64,000 nucleotides of DNA from Candidatus Adlerbacteria bacterium (GCA_027451965.1 DAIDHJ010000001.1:87639-151638), one strand, 5' to 3'; shown: positions 8,251-18,115, counted from the first letter of the stretch. Notes: generated from the sequence alone by a model not told the origin. A program made the numbers and translations.

Positions 8251-8685
8251 TTATGCAGCAACTTCAGTTTCTTGTTGAGCGGCTGCATCTGGTACCTCTG
8301 TCACCGCCTGCTCATCTGTGTTCGCTGCTATGGTTTGTGATTTACGCATGGCACGCTTTACATCACGTGCAGCCTTGCGTCGAATGAAATACAGTTTTGC
8401 GCGGCGAGTATAGGCGCGGCGCAACAGTTCAATAGAATCTATAGAAGGAGAATAGAGTGGAAAAATTTTCTCCACCCCAACGCCGCTTGCTACCTTTCGA
8501 ACAGTAAATGTAGCTCCCGGTTCTGTGCCATGCTTTACCGCAAGCACCAACCCTTCAAATGCTTGGCGTCGTGCCTTTCCTTTTTCAATCACTTTTTGCC
8601 ACACACGAACCGTGTCCCCCGCTCGGATGCCAAGCTGGGCTCGTTCTTTCGTATTTATTGGTGTATGGACGACGGACGATTTCAC
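8251..8685 (-). CDS. rplS: 50S ribosomal protein L19
   Basis: GDTVRVWQKVIEKGKARRQAFEGLVLAVKHGTEPGATFTVRKVASGVGVEKIFPLYSPSIDSIELLRRAYTRRAKLYFIRR is the canonical L19 core. Confidence 0.85.
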   Translation of the reverse strand: MKSSVVHTPINTKERAQLGIRAGDTVRVWQKVIEKGKARRQAFEGLVLAVKHGTEPGATFTVRKVASGVGVEKIFPLYSPSIDSIELLRRAYTRRAKLYFIRRKAARDVKRAMRKSQTIAANTDEQAVTEVPDAAAQQETEVAA

Positions 8686-9425
8686 TTCGACAAGCTAACA
8701 CGATTCTCACCCTCATGCAACGCATTGGCCGCCTCTAAAAATTCCTTTGGGAGAGGCGCTTCAATAGAAATTGTTTTACCTGTCACCGGATGAGAGAAGC
8801 TGAGAGCATATGCATGCAAGGCCAAACGCGTAAATCCTAATAAGAAAGGCCGGCGCGGAGCATAGAGCATATCTCCAATGATTGGATGCTGAACAGCGGA
8901 GAAATGAACTCTGATTTGATGCGTTCGTCCCGTCTTGGGAAAGACTTCTACATAACTTGCTTGTGGGGAACGTTCGATCACTCGATATAGCGTGATCGCT
9001 TCACGCATGATTCCATGCGGCGTGCGTGCAGAACGAGGTGCAATGCCGTTGCGTCCGCTGCCAATCGGTTTATCAATAATTCCCCGCTCATCCTTAAGTG
9101 CACCGTGCACAAACGCTCGATATACCTTTCGAATCATCCTTTCTTTGAACTGTTCTTTCAGGTGCGCAAATGCCTCGGGAGTACGCGCGACTACCATAAC
9201 GCCAGATGTCTCTCTATCGAGACGATGCACAATTCCCGGACGTTCAATAACTGTGCCGTTGAGAAGTGTTTGAGGTTCTCCCACATGTGCAAGTTCTGGA
9301 TAGCGCTTGAGAAGCCAGTCCGTGAGAAGTGGGTATGCATGCTTTCCATCACCATGTACCGCCAATCCACTTGGTTTATTGAGTACAATCACCGCTTCGT
9401 CCTCGTACAGGACTGTTGGTTCCAT
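8682..9425 (-). CDS. RluA-family 23S rRNA/tRNA pseudouridine synthase
   Basis: VHRLDRETSGVMVVART (HRLD..TSG catalytic motif). The start is reassigned to MEPTVLYEDE (9425) because the longer ORF runs into tRNA-Val. Confidence 0.8.
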   Translation of the reverse strand: MEPTVLYEDEAVIVLNKPSGLAVHGDGKHAYPLLTDWLLKRYPELAHVGEPQTLLNGTVIERPGIVHRLDRETSGVMVVARTPEAFAHLKEQFKERMIRKVYRAFVHGALKDERGIIDKPIGSGRNGIAPRSARTPHGIMREAITLYRVIERSPQASYVEVFPKTGRTHQIRVHFSAVQHPIIGDMLYAPRRPFLLGFTRLALHAYALSFSHPVTGKTISIEAPLPKEFLEAANALHEGENRVSLSK

Positions 9426-9427
9426 GG

Positions 9428-9500
9428 TGCACGCTGAGGGACTCGAACCCCCGACCCACTCGGTGTAAACGAGTTGCTCTACCAACTGAGCTAAGCGTGC
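9428..9500 (-). tRNA. tRNA-Val (anticodon TAC)
   Basis: Reverse complement GCACGCTTAGCTCAGTTGGTAGAGCAACTCGTTTACACCGAGTGGGTCGGGGGTTCGAGTCCCTCAGCGTGCA. Anticodon loop TTTACAC. Confidence 0.85.
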
Positions 9501-9627
9501 GTCTGAGTCAGTGTAGCAAACTGGAGCACGAAACACGAGTTGGTCATATATTGACAGCTATTTAGTATGTATAGTACATAGGAAAAGGAATTCATTACCG
9601 TTTTCTGTAACTTAAGGAAGGAACCAA

Positions 9628-9849
9628 TTGTCTCGCCGCCCCCTGAAATCCGATAAATTTTTCCTGCTCCCAGCCAGATCGCGCGGTCCGCACAAAGGAA
9701 AGCGGGCATTGGGAGTCAATCGTATATACGAAGGAGATACCACTGCCATTACCGTGCAAGATTTGTTCGACTTCCTTAAGAAAGAAGCTATAGCACCTTC
9801 CGATGTAACTCTTCAAGCGGGATTTACCGCCTGGATAAAAGAGAAATAA
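9628..9849 (+). CDS. small hypothetical protein (73 aa) with SD sequence and its own terminator
   Basis: AAGGAAGG lies 8 nt upstream of a TTG start. Terminator hairpin at 9861-9887. No recognisable domain. Confidence 0.4.
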   Translation: MSRRPLKSDKFFLLPARSRGPHKGKRALGVNRIYEGDTTAITVQDLFDFLKKEAIAPSDVTLQAGFTAWIKEK

Positions 9850-9860
9850 GCAGTTCAGGG

Positions 9861-9887
9861 GAAGCTCGAGAAATCGAGCTTCTTTTT
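9861..9887 (+). terminator. rho-independent terminator
   Basis: gaagctcga-gaaa-tcgagcttc followed by ttttt. Confidence 0.65.
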
Positions 9888-9944
9888 CTATCAAACGTTC
9901 ACCTATGATTTAAGAAACTTTCTTTAGAGTAAGGAGCATATATA

Positions 9945-11486
9945 ATGTCGACTATGCCTACCAATGCCGCCTCAGAAGGCGGTCAAAATATTTGGGTCGT
10001 TATGGGAGCGCTTATGTTAGCGCTTCTTTTAGCTGCTCTGGACCAAACGATTGTTTCAACCGCTCTTCCAAAAATCGCCAGCGATTTTAATGCGCTGAAT
10101 GAATTGTCGTGGGTGGTGACTGCGTATCTCATCACGAGCGCCGTCTCTACTCCTCTCTATGGGAAAGTGAGCGATTTACTCGGTCGAAAACGAGTATTAA
10201 TGGCTGCGATCATTATTTTTCTCAGTGGATCCATACTTGCGGGACTCTCTCAAAACATTAGTGAGCTTATCGCCTTTCGCGGCTTGCAAGGGTTAGGTGG
10301 CGGAGGACTTATGACCTTGGTATTTGCCGCCATCGGTGACATTCTGCCTCCCAGGGAACGAGGGAGATACCAAGGATTGTTTGGAGGAGTATTCGGACTT
10401 TCAAGTGTCATTGGACCTTTATTAGGAGGCTTATTTACCGATACCCTATCGTGGCGTTGGATTTTTTATATCAACATTCCGCTCGGCCTACTAGCCTTAC
10501 TCGCCATTGCGTTCTACTTTCATACGTCAGTGCAACACCGCAAACACAGTATTGATTATGCAGGAGTGGTAACACTATCAATCAGCGTCGTATCTCTTTT
10601 ACTCCTTACTGTATGGGGAGGAAGCACATATGCATGGAATACTCCCCAGATTATTGGATTAGGAATATTAGGACTACTCAGTGCGGGAATATTTGTGCTG
10701 GTTGAGCGCAGCGCAAAAGAACCGCTGATGCCGTTGTCCTTGTTTCGCAACAGCATCTTCCGTGTCTCTTCCTTACTTTCACTGGTTTCTGGTCTCGCTA
10801 TGTTTGCAGCAATTATTTATCTCCCCGAATACCAGCAGGTAGCGCGCGGGTATTCGGCGACACAGTCAGGACTTCTTCTGCTTCCCCTTGTATTTGGCAT
10901 GCTTGCCGCATCTATTATGTCTGGACGATGGATCTCGCGCACAGGACACTATCGCATATACCCTATTATTGGTAGTGCTATAACCATACTCGGTCTCTGG
11001 CTCTTCAGTCATATAACCCTTCATACGTCTCAATGGATCCTCTCTTTATGGATGATCATTATCGGTATCGGTATCGGATCGTTCATGCAGGTAATGACAC
11101 TTGCGGTGCAAAACTCAACGGATCGCCAACATCTCGGCACTGCAACATCGATCGTAATATTTTTCCGCAGCATGGGCAGCTCATTTGGCACTGCTATTTT
11201 CGGAGCTATCCTCACTGACCGACTGGCTGCCCATCTTGCACAGCAATTTAGTGGTACAACAACTCTCGGCACACAAGTATTTAACGGTGGTATTGCACAA
11301 ATACAGTCACTGCCCATAGCCGTGCAAGGAAAGGTCCTGGAAGCATTCACTCAATCCTTCCGCGAAATTTTTCTCTGGGCGATTCCGTTTGTGATTGTCG
11401 CTTTTGTAATCGCATTCTTCTTACAAGAAAAACCATTACAAGGACGTACGCAGGAAGTCGCACGAGGAGAGGTGTTTGAAATGTAA
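9945..11486 (+). CDS. MFS transporter, DHA2 (EmrB/QacA-like, 14-TMS) family
   Basis: 513 aa, about 14 predicted TM helices. Contains the MFS motif [13 protein letters not shown]. Confidence 0.8.
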   Translation: MSTMPTNAASEGGQNIWVVMGALMLALLLAALDQTIVSTALPKIASDFNALNELSWVVTAYLITSAVSTPLYGKVSDLLGRKRVLMAAIIIFLSGSILAGLSQNISELIAFRGLQGLGGGGLMTLVFAAIGDILPPRERGRYQGLFGGVFGLSSVIGPLLGGLFTDTLSWRWIFYINIPLGLLALLAIAFYFHTSVQHRKHSIDYAGVVTLSISVVSLLLLTVWGGSTYAWNTPQIIGLGILGLLSAGIFVLVERSAKEPLMPLSLFRNSIFRVSSLLSLVSGLAMFAAIIYLPEYQQVARGYSATQSGLLLLPLVFGMLAASIMSGRWISRTGHYRIYPIIGSAITILGLWLFSHITLHTSQWILSLWMIIIGIGIGSFMQVMTLAVQNSTDRQHLGTATSIVIFFRSMGSSFGTAIFGAILTDRLAAHLAQQFSGTTTLGTQVFNGGIAQIQSLPIAVQGKVLEAFTQSFREIFLWAIPFVIVAFVIAFFLQEKPLQGRTQEVARGEVFEM

Positions 11487-11529
11487 TAAAAATCCGTGCT
11501 ACCGTTATAGACGGAAGGAGGTGGATAAC

Positions 11530-11757
11530 ATGATCCACCGTATACTTGTGGCGGGAAACAAGGAGTTGCCTCCGCTCAAACAGCAGGTTGCGCATTTAAG
11601 ACAGCGCGTCCACCTACTGAAACGAGGGGGCGTGGTGCTCTTGAGCATCGCGTGCTTTCTCGCTACCGCAGCCGGTTTCCTCATCACTCGAGCGATTATG
11701 GAAGCAATGCTCCTGTGGTTTTGGATCTGGATTCTCCAAATCACATACAGGACATAG
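11530..11757 (+). CDS. small hypothetical membrane protein (~75 aa)
   Basis: MIHRILVAG...VVLLSIACFLATAAGFLI is hydrophobic. It ends just before a strong terminator. Low confidence. Confidence 0.3.
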   Translation: MIHRILVAGNKELPPLKQQVAHLRQRVHLLKRGGVVLLSIACFLATAAGFLITRAIMEAMLLWFWIWILQITYRT

Positions 11758-11784
11758 CCCGCAAATGCGGGCTATTTTCTTTTG
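11756..11784 (+). terminator. rho-independent terminator
   Basis: agcccgcaaatgcgggct followed by attttcttttg. Confidence 0.65.
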
Positions 11785-11820
11785 CGTGAATGACCGTATA
11801 CGTTCTGGTATGATGCATCT

Positions 11821-12438
11821 ATGAAATGGTTCTGGTGGGTAGGCAGCATCATTATTGTAATCGTTTTGATATTTAGCATAAGCAAATTATTTAGCGGTAC
11901 TCCTACCGCAGTGCAAACGATCTCAGATCCCAGCACCCTTCCTGGATTGGAAACAGGGACTGTTCCCTGGGCACCAGAAATTGATCATCTTGCCGCTCGA
12001 CTAAAAGCTATTGGTCTTCCTGCACTTCCACAAGAAGGTACTGCGATGCATATACATCAGCACCTGGATATTTTCATCCACGGAGCTACGGTGCCAGTAC
12101 CAGCTGACATTGGCATCAATGCCAATGCAGGATTCATTTCTCCTATCCATACGCACGATGGCACAGGGATTATGCATGTCGAATCTCCGACAGTAACCAC
12201 TTATACGCTTGGACAATTCTTTGATATTTGGGGAGTGAAATTCACCGCTCAGTGCATCGGCGGATACTGCAACAACAGCACAAACAATCTGAAGGTATAT
12301 GTAAATGGATCACTGTACGCCGGAGATCCTCGACAGATTGTTCTGCAAAATCACGAGGAAATAGCAATTGTGTACGGCACCACAAAGGAAATGCCGAACC
12401 CGGTTCCTGGAACATACGCATTTCCGGCAGGATACTAA
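11821..12438 (+). CDS. hypothetical membrane-anchored extracytoplasmic protein (205 aa)
   Basis: N-terminal TM WFWWVGSIIIVIVLIF followed by a His/Gly-rich soluble domain (HIHQHLDIFIHG...IHTHDGTG) and a Cys pair (CIGGYC). Possibly metal-binding. No family assignable. Confidence 0.45.
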   Translation: MKWFWWVGSIIIVIVLIFSISKLFSGTPTAVQTISDPSTLPGLETGTVPWAPEIDHLAARLKAIGLPALPQEGTAMHIHQHLDIFIHGATVPVPADIGINANAGFISPIHTHDGTGIMHVESPTVTTYTLGQFFDIWGVKFTAQCIGGYCNNSTNNLKVYVNGSLYAGDPRQIVLQNHEEIAIVYGTTKEMPNPVPGTYAFPAGY

Positions 12439-12948
12439 CTATCGAGGTATTTCCACCGGACACACAGCACCGGCGACGACTTTTTTTGCACTAAAATACA
12501 GTCCTATAAAAGTAATACATAGGGCAGTTATCACAATGTAAAGCTGGTTTGCGAGAATGAAAGAGGTACTTCCTACGCCAAGACCTACAAATCCCAATAT
12601 GAATCCGATGCCGCAACCGCAGGATGTAAGCAGTACACTGCCGAGAAATGCGGCGATGATACCAGTTCCGCCGCTTCCAATTATGCGCTGTCGTATGAGA
12701 AAGATGTTCAATGCAAGAAGAATGCCGGACAGAAGTGCGAATAACGAAAGAAACAGATAGTTTTCTGTACGCATAAGATGTAGTTCAAAGGAAAACGTAT
12801 CTGCCGGAATAAACCACGTAGGTATAAGAAGCGGTAGTATAAAAAATCCGGCACTTGCTCCTGCTGCAATGTACCAGTAACTCCCGTGAGAAAATACAGT
12901 CCTGAATGCTTGCAATATAGGTACAAAACAGTCGTGCAAGAAACGCAT
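12439..12948 (-). CDS. hypothetical polytopic membrane protein (169 aa, ~5 TM, SCGCG motif)
   Basis: Hydropathy only; no recognisable family motif. Confidence 0.4.
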   Translation of the reverse strand: MRFLHDCFVPILQAFRTVFSHGSYWYIAAGASAGFFILPLLIPTWFIPADTFSFELHLMRTENYLFLSLFALLSGILLALNIFLIRQRIIGSGGTGIIAAFLGSVLLTSCGCGIGFILGFVGLGVGSTSFILANQLYIVITALCITFIGLYFSAKKVVAGAVCPVEIPR

Positions 12949-12967
12949 CGTTTAAGTATATCGTAAC

Positions 12968-13042
12968 TGGTGCCCCTGGAGGGAATCGAACCCCCATTAA
13001 GAGCTTAGAAGTCTCCGGTTCTATCCATTGAACTACAGGGGC
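12968..13042 (-). tRNA. tRNA-Arg (anticodon TCT), CCA encoded
   Basis: Reverse complement GCCCCTGTAGTTCAATGGATAGAACCGGAGACTTCTAAGCTCTTAATGGGGGTTCGATTCCCTCCAGGGGCACCA. Anticodon loop CTTCTAA. Confidence 0.8.
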
Positions 13043-13641
13043 AGGTGGTACAGGTGCACAATACCATAGATTAGTATGATGGAAACAATCGCAATACCAA
13101 TGACTAATAGATATTCTTTCAGAGTATCGAATACTCTTCTACCATATCGCCCGGCAAGATACAGAACGATAGCGAGACGCATGGTTTGTCCCACAAAATA
13201 CCCTAACGCATAGGGAATAAAATGCACTCCTAAAAACCCTGCCGTATAGATAAACACTTTCTGCGGGATAGGGATGATGAACGGTATGAGCGCCATTACC
13301 AAAAATGTATGACCATGAAGGAGTTGTCGTGCATACACGAATGCCGTCTGTAAATGGTAAAACCGGATAAGTGGAACACCCACTGCTTGAAACAGGGCAT
13401 TTCCAATTACGTATCCGACCATTGCGCCACCCAGGGCGCCAAGTGATGTGACGATGAGGTACTGCCACCATCGTGCCGGCCGAGCAACCATAAGTGCAAT
13501 GAGATACAACTCTGTCGGTATAGGAGAAATAAATCCGTCAAAAAAGGAGACAAGTCCGAGCCACACCAATGCATAGTGCGTTTCCGAGTGATTTTCGAAC
13601 CACTGCCACAATCGATCGTGAAAACGAATACGTTCTTCCAT
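13033..13641 (-). CDS. DedA/YqaA-family (SNARE-associated) membrane protein
   Basis: ...LGLVSFFDGFISPIPTELYLIALMV... plus a G-rich TM core typical of DedA/YqaA; 202 aa. The last ~10 nt overlap the tRNA-Arg 5' end. Confidence 0.7.
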   Translation of the reverse strand: MEERIRFHDRLWQWFENHSETHYALVWLGLVSFFDGFISPIPTELYLIALMVARPARWWQYLIVTSLGALGGAMVGYVIGNALFQAVGVPLIRFYHLQTAFVYARQLLHGHTFLVMALIPFIIPIPQKVFIYTAGFLGVHFIPYALGYFVGQTMRLAIVLYLAGRYGRRVFDTLKEYLLVIGIAIVSIILIYGIVHLYHLPL

Positions 13642-13654
13642 ATGTACTTAGTTA

Positions 13655-13990
13655 TTACCGAACACCTGCGCCTGGAGTCACATTTGCTTCCAGCAAGGAG
13701 AATGAGCCGTCCTCTGCGGTTGCCGCAAGAACCATACCCTTACTTTCAAGACCACGTATAGTGCGAGGTTCCAGATTGTATACAAACGCAAGCTTCTTTC
13801 CGACCAAGACCGCTGGATCAGGAAAATACAGCGCGATACCAGAAACAACTTGTCGTTCTTCAGAGCCAAAGTCGACCGAAAGGCGGAGTAATTTCTCCGT
13901 ATCCGGAACCCGCTCAGCAAGTTTTACCTCGCCGATACGAATTTCGACTTTTTTGAATTCATCGATGGAGATGAGGTCCATAGGGCTCAT
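13655..13990 (-). CDS. tRNA-binding protein (Trbp111/CsaA, EMAP/MetRS C-terminal-like OB domain)
   Basis: ISIDEFKKVEIRIGEVKLAERVPDTEKLLRLSVDFGSEERQVVSGIA...LEPRTIRGLESKGMVLAA is the canonical Trbp111 domain. Confidence 0.75.
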   Translation of the reverse strand: MSPMDLISIDEFKKVEIRIGEVKLAERVPDTEKLLRLSVDFGSEERQVVSGIALYFPDPAVLVGKKLAFVYNLEPRTIRGLESKGMVLAATAEDGSFSLLEANVTPGAGVR

Positions 13991-14385
13991 TCTATACCAG
14001 GGCGTGCTTTCTGACGATCAAGGTAGCTTTGCAGAATGAGAGCCGCCGCGGATGCGTCGATATGCTCTTTTGGTGTCTCGCCCTCTTTCCGAGCTTGCAC
14101 TGTAGTAAAGAACTCTGGCTCATACACGACCTCATACCCCTTAGCTTCAAGCTGCTGACGCAGCATTGCTATATGTTCCATAACCGGATTTGTTGCACCT
14201 TGAAAGTTTCGTGATTCTCCGAGCACGATCGTTTCTATGTGTTCGTCTTGTACAATGGCGCTAATTTCATCAACCACAGTAGATCCTGCCTGCAGAGTAG
14301 TAAGAGGAAACGCAACTGAACCAGTATCATCAGAAATTGCAATACCGATGCGTTTGGTGCCGCAATCAATCCCGAGATATTTCAT
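13987..14385 (-). CDS. ruvX: Holliday junction resolvase-like YqgF/RuvX
   Basis: MKYLGIDCGTKRIGIAISDDTGSVAFPLTTL... The start is set at MKYLGID because the longer ORF overlaps tRNA-Ser. Confidence 0.8.
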   Translation of the reverse strand: MKYLGIDCGTKRIGIAISDDTGSVAFPLTTLQAGSTVVDEISAIVQDEHIETIVLGESRNFQGATNPVMEHIAMLRQQLEAKGYEVVYEPEFFTTVQARKEGETPKEHIDASAAALILQSYLDRQKARPGIE

Positions 14386-14433
14386 TGATTCAGCATAGCG
14401 AAGAACTGCAAAAAAGTGTATGGTGTTTCCATT

Positions 14434-14518
14434 GGAGGGGTGGCTGAGTGGTCTAAAGCACCGGTCTTGAAAACCGGCGTGCCGCAAGGTACCGTGAGTT
14501 CGAATCTCACCCCCTCCG
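14434..14518 (+). tRNA. tRNA-Ser (anticodon TGA), class II
   Basis: GGAGGGGTGGCTGAGTGGTCTAAAGCACCGGTCTTGAAAACCGGCGTGCCGCAAGGTACCGTGAGTTCGAATCTCACCCCCTCCG. Anticodon stem CCGGT/ACCGG, loop CTTGAAA, long variable arm. Confidence 0.85.
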
Positions 14519-14601
14519 CTTAGAACTCAAGTACGTGCTATGCTACGCAGTACTATTCCCTTCTTTTCGTGAAAGAATAAGGCTCCCCTTCCGTCTATAG
14601 T

Positions 14602-15123
14602 ATGGAGAACGTCAAAGTTGAATTTCAAAATGCATTTGAGAAATATAGCGATGAGCTATTCAGACACTGTCTGCTCCGCATCTCAGATCGTGAACGGGCC
14701 CTTGAACTTACGCAAGAGATGTTCCTCAAAACCTGGGAGTATGTATCGAAAGGAAACATGATTCGGGAGTATCGGCCGTTTTTCTACCGCACTCTGCATA
14801 ATCTCATCATCGATGAGTATCGGAAGCATAAAATGCAGTCATTGGAGGCTATGGTAGAACAAACAGAAGGAGCAACCGTTGAAGCGCTCTTGCCAACGGA
14901 TGATACCAATACACTTGAAGCTGCTATGGACCGATTTGATGGCGCGCGCGCTCTGCGCTTATTGTCGCAATTGCCGGAACCATACTGCCATACACTCACC
15001 TTGCGCTATGTCGACGGTTTTTCTCCAAAAGAAATTTCCGAAATGACCCAGGAAAGCGAAAATGTTATTTCCGTACGCATCTATCGAGGTATAAAAAAAC
15101 TGCGCGAAATGCTTGAACAATAG
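14602..15123 (+). CDS. RNA polymerase sigma-70 factor, ECF subfamily
   Basis: Region 2 (LLRISDRERALELTQEMFLKTWEY) and region 4 (YCHTLTLRYVDGFSPKEISEMTQESENVISVRIYRGIKKLRE); 173 aa. Confidence 0.8.
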   Translation: MENVKVEFQNAFEKYSDELFRHCLLRISDRERALELTQEMFLKTWEYVSKGNMIREYRPFFYRTLHNLIIDEYRKHKMQSLEAMVEQTEGATVEALLPTDDTNTLEAAMDRFDGARALRLLSQLPEPYCHTLTLRYVDGFSPKEISEMTQESENVISVRIYRGIKKLREMLEQ

Positions 15124-15125
15124 TT

Positions 15126-16217
15126 ATGAAACCATTTTTTAAACAACTACATACTGAAGCAGAGCAGATCCGCCTCTCCGTCTCGGAAAAGCAGTCGATG
15201 CGATCTTCTCTTCATGCGGCTATGGGTATGCCTATAGCAAGCCCATATCGTATTTCCCTCTTTGCTCCGCGTATTATGATGCCCTTGTTTTTACTGCTTT
15301 TGGTGGTCGGAGGCGGCACTGCGTATGCCGCACAAGGATCGTTGCCTGGAAACCCCTTGTACGCAATAAAAATTCACGTGAATGAACCGGTGCAAACGGC
15401 ACTCGCATTTTCTCCGCAAGCAAAAGCGCAGATCAACGCGCAGTTAGCAGAACGCCGATTGCAAGAAGCTGAAATACTTGCACAACAAGGAAAACTGGAC
15501 GCAACAACCACTGCGCAATTAAAGAACAACTTTGATGCGCACATTGCTCAAGCTTCCACATTCACGCAAACGCTCCAACAACAAGACCCTGCCGCTGCGA
15601 CCGCTCTCACCGTAAAAGTAAATGCTGCAATCATCGAACATGGCGCAATTCTTACACAATTAGGTGATCAGAGTAAAAACTTGCAAACAAAACAGGACAG
15701 CGCTGAGTTGGATGCACACCTGCAATTGCTTAGCGACCAAACCGGAACTTCTACGGTAGCAACCACTACCATCTCGATTCCATCCGTCTCTCAAAACGAA
15801 TATGAACGTCATCGTATGCAAAAGTTTTCGAAAGAGGCAACCTCCTCCAATGCGTCCTCTACACTAGACACAAGCGCAAGACAAACCATTGCAATTCAAC
15901 TTGAGCAACAAGCGGCAGACAGTCTGGCAACCGTACAAGAACAAATGAGTACAGCGCAAAACGCACTTGATACAACAAGTACCATACAGCTCAATGCACA
16001 ATTGACGCTAATCAATACGCTTATGAGTAATGGGAGTGCGGCACTCAGTACCAATCAGCCAAATACCGCGATCATGTTGTTCAGCCAAGCACTCCATGAT
16101 CTTGCCGCATTGCACGTGTTTCTCAGTGCAGAACATGAATTAAGGCTCAACATTATGCCACCAGACAGCCGCGGAGAGAGTGATGGCGGAGACAATACTA
16201 TTCTTCCTTCGCTCTAA
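15126..16217 (+). CDS. putative anti-sigma factor / DUF5667-like membrane protein cotranscribed with the ECF sigma gene
   Basis: The start lies 2 nt after the sigma stop. One TM (MMPLFLLLLVVGGGTAYAA) then LPGNPLYAIKIHVNEPVQTA (LPGdxLYxxK motif) and a long Q/A/T-rich helical region. Assignment rests on context and one motif. Confidence 0.4.
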   Translation: MKPFFKQLHTEAEQIRLSVSEKQSMRSSLHAAMGMPIASPYRISLFAPRIMMPLFLLLLVVGGGTAYAAQGSLPGNPLYAIKIHVNEPVQTALAFSPQAKAQINAQLAERRLQEAEILAQQGKLDATTTAQLKNNFDAHIAQASTFTQTLQQQDPAAATALTVKVNAAIIEHGAILTQLGDQSKNLQTKQDSAELDAHLQLLSDQTGTSTVATTTISIPSVSQNEYERHRMQKFSKEATSSNASSTLDTSARQTIAIQLEQQAADSLATVQEQMSTAQNALDTTSTIQLNAQLTLINTLMSNGSAALSTNQPNTAIMLFSQALHDLAALHVFLSAEHELRLNIMPPDSRGESDGGDNTILPSL

Positions 16218-16361
16218 CAGCCTACACAATGTTTCGCTTCATAAGAATCTCATTCTTAATAGAGATCTAATCATGCATCTTCAACTATGGAGACGGTAAG
16301 ACGAATTTTTTACATCCGTCACCATAAGAAGGTCGCATTATCATCTTTATTAACACATAAT

Positions 16362-16979
16362 ATGAATACTCGTCTTAAGATCGCTACCCTGCTCGCTACT
16401 CCTCTGGCACTGCTCGCAATTGCTACACCTGTATTTGCGCAAACGCTGTACCGCCAGTTGGATATTGGATCTAGTGGCTCGGATGTCTCCGCGCTGCAAA
16501 CATTTCTTGCACAAGATTCAAGCATATATCCGCAGGGTTTGGTTACCGGTTATTACGGACAACTAACTGCCGCTGCAGTTGCCCGCTGGCAAACTAAAAA
16601 TGGTATTGCTGCAGTAGGTCACGTAGGTCCTATTACTCTCGCCGCTCTCCAAGCGAAAATGGGTGATACAGGAGGAGGTGTTTCTACCGGAACTGCTGCT
16701 CCTATATTGAGCCCTGAAATAGTATCAACTACTTCAACTTCGGCCACTTTCACCTGGGCAAGCAACGTATCTGCATATCCTCGTGTAATGTACGGAACTA
16801 CCTGGCCATTCCTCTACGCAACTGCCCCGAGCGTTACTGGTACCTATGGAACCGCACAGAGTGTCACTATTACTGGCCTGCAACCATCCACTACGTACTA
16901 CTATGTCCTTGAATCGAAAGATGCATCAGGAAACTATAGTTGGACAATTGGAAAACCGTTTACCACGCAGCACGCATAG
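16362..16979 (+). CDS. secreted protein with peptidoglycan-binding (PG_binding_1-like) and fibronectin-III-like domains
   Basis: Signal peptide MNTRLKIATLLATPLALLAIATPVFAQ. GSSGSDVSALQTFLAQ...GYYGQLTAAAVARWQTKNGIAAVGHVGPITLAAL is a PG-binding repeat. ...SATFTWASN...TITGLQPSTTYYYVLESKD is FN3-like. Confidence 0.55.
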   Translation: MNTRLKIATLLATPLALLAIATPVFAQTLYRQLDIGSSGSDVSALQTFLAQDSSIYPQGLVTGYYGQLTAAAVARWQTKNGIAAVGHVGPITLAALQAKMGDTGGGVSTGTAAPILSPEIVSTTSTSATFTWASNVSAYPRVMYGTTWPFLYATAPSVTGTYGTAQSVTITGLQPSTTYYYVLESKDASGNYSWTIGKPFTTQHA

Positions 16980-16999
16980 CGTATGGATCTCTATACAGA

Positions 17000-17025
17000 A
17001 AAACCCACCATATGGTGGGTTTTTC
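17000..17025. terminator. bidirectional rho-independent terminator between convergent genes
   Basis: aaaacccaccatatggtgggttttt. Confidence 0.65.
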
Positions 17026-17466
17026 TTATTTTACAAAACTTGCCTTATCGTCCGCATCCAGAAAATCAAACAATGTAGCGTCCGGAGAAAGTCCTACGGA
17101 TACCGCGCTTTCTGAAAGCCATTTCTTTTTCTCGGGCGTTTCATTGGCATAATTGTTTGCTGCTGCCTGTTGCGACCACGCAGCGATCTCTTCATCAGTT
17201 TTTGGAACACCTTGAGTTTTTACCCACGCAGCGATCTCTTCATCACTTGCCCCTGTTTCTACGTATGCCTTGAATGCATCGCCGGTAATGCCCTTGAAGC
17301 TAAAGAGTTGATTATCGAGAGGACAATCAAAGTGATATTCCCCTGTGTTTCCCCATAACAATGCACGACACTTATCGATAGTACGCGCGATAATAGCGAA
17401 TCCTCCTATTATCTCGTGCGGAGAACGCGGCGCTTCCTTTGTAAGATCTTTTCCTATTCCTTGCAT
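17026..17466 (-). CDS. hypothetical protein (146 aa)
   Basis: No confident family; possibly DUF5069-like from the YHFDCPLD motif. Bracketed by a terminator and a divergent promoter region. Confidence 0.4.
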   Translation of the reverse strand: MQGIGKDLTKEAPRSPHEIIGGFAIIARTIDKCRALLWGNTGEYHFDCPLDNQLFSFKGITGDAFKAYVETGASDEEIAAWVKTQGVPKTDEEIAAWSQQAAANNYANETPEKKKWLSESAVSVGLSPDATLFDFLDADDKASFVK

Positions 17467-17552
17467 ACGTAATGAATATCAATGAATAACGGATCAATTA
17501 TAGAATAACTGCTACAAAGAAGAAACGGAAGGAGTATACTGAATGGAGCATC

Positions 17553-18020
17553 ATGCCACAGCAGGAATCTCCTATCTCATGGAATGTGCTCAGTCATGAG
17601 CATCGAGAACGCACCGCCGATTGGTATTGGACGCTCGGCACACTTGCAGTTGTCGGTGCGGTTGTTTCTATTTTCTTCAGCAATATCCTTCTGGCATGCA
17701 TTCTCCTTATCGGCGCCGGTTCAATAGGATTTCTTGCAGCCAGAGGCCCACGGGAACATGCCGTACGCATCGATGAAAAAGGAATTCATATTGACGGAAC
17801 CGTGTATCCGTACAAATCATTGGAATCGTTTAGCATTCACGAAGACACCACTCCTCCCTATCTTGTATTAAGCATTCACAGCTTTATCACTCCACGCCTA
17901 CTCCTCTCCTTGGAAGGCATGTCTGCAGAAACCGTGCGAGACCGATTAAGCCTACAAGTAAAAGAAATTGAATCGCAGCCGCACCTCATGGATAGTCTCG
18001 CTGAAATCTTCGGGTTGTGA
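17553..18020 (+). CDS. hypothetical membrane protein (155 aa, two N-terminal TM helices)
   Basis: Hydropathy only. Confidence 0.4.
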   Translation: MPQQESPISWNVLSHEHRERTADWYWTLGTLAVVGAVVSIFFSNILLACILLIGAGSIGFLAARGPREHAVRIDEKGIHIDGTVYPYKSLESFSIHEDTTPPYLVLSIHSFITPRLLLSLEGMSAETVRDRLSLQVKEIESQPHLMDSLAEIFGL

Positions 18021-18034
18021 TACAACCTATATAC

Positions 18035-18106
18035 CCTCTCGTAGTTCAATGGATAGAACGCAAGCTTGCGGAGCTTGTAATGTAGGTTCGATTCCTACCG
18101 AGAGGA
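18035..18106 (+). tRNA. tRNA-Arg with anticodon GCG (unusual for bacteria)
   Basis: CCTCTCGTAGTTCAATGGATAGAACGCAAGCTTGCGGAGCTTGTAATGTAGGTTCGATTCCTACCGAGAGGA. Perfect anticodon stem CAAGC/GCTTG, loop TTGCGGA giving anticodon GCG with G37. Confidence 0.6.
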
Positions 18107-18115
18107 CTTGCGTGA

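Noticed and set aside
9426-9536. N-terminal 37-aa extension of the RluA ORF (MFRAPVCYTDSDARLAQLVEQLVYTEWVGGSSPSACT)
   Set aside because: This stretch is the translation of tRNA-Val read on the coding strand; the true start is MEPTV at 9425.
14386-14487. N-terminal extension of ruvX ORF
   Set aside because: It overlaps tRNA-Ser (plus strand); the internal MKYLGID start matches the YqgF family N-terminus.
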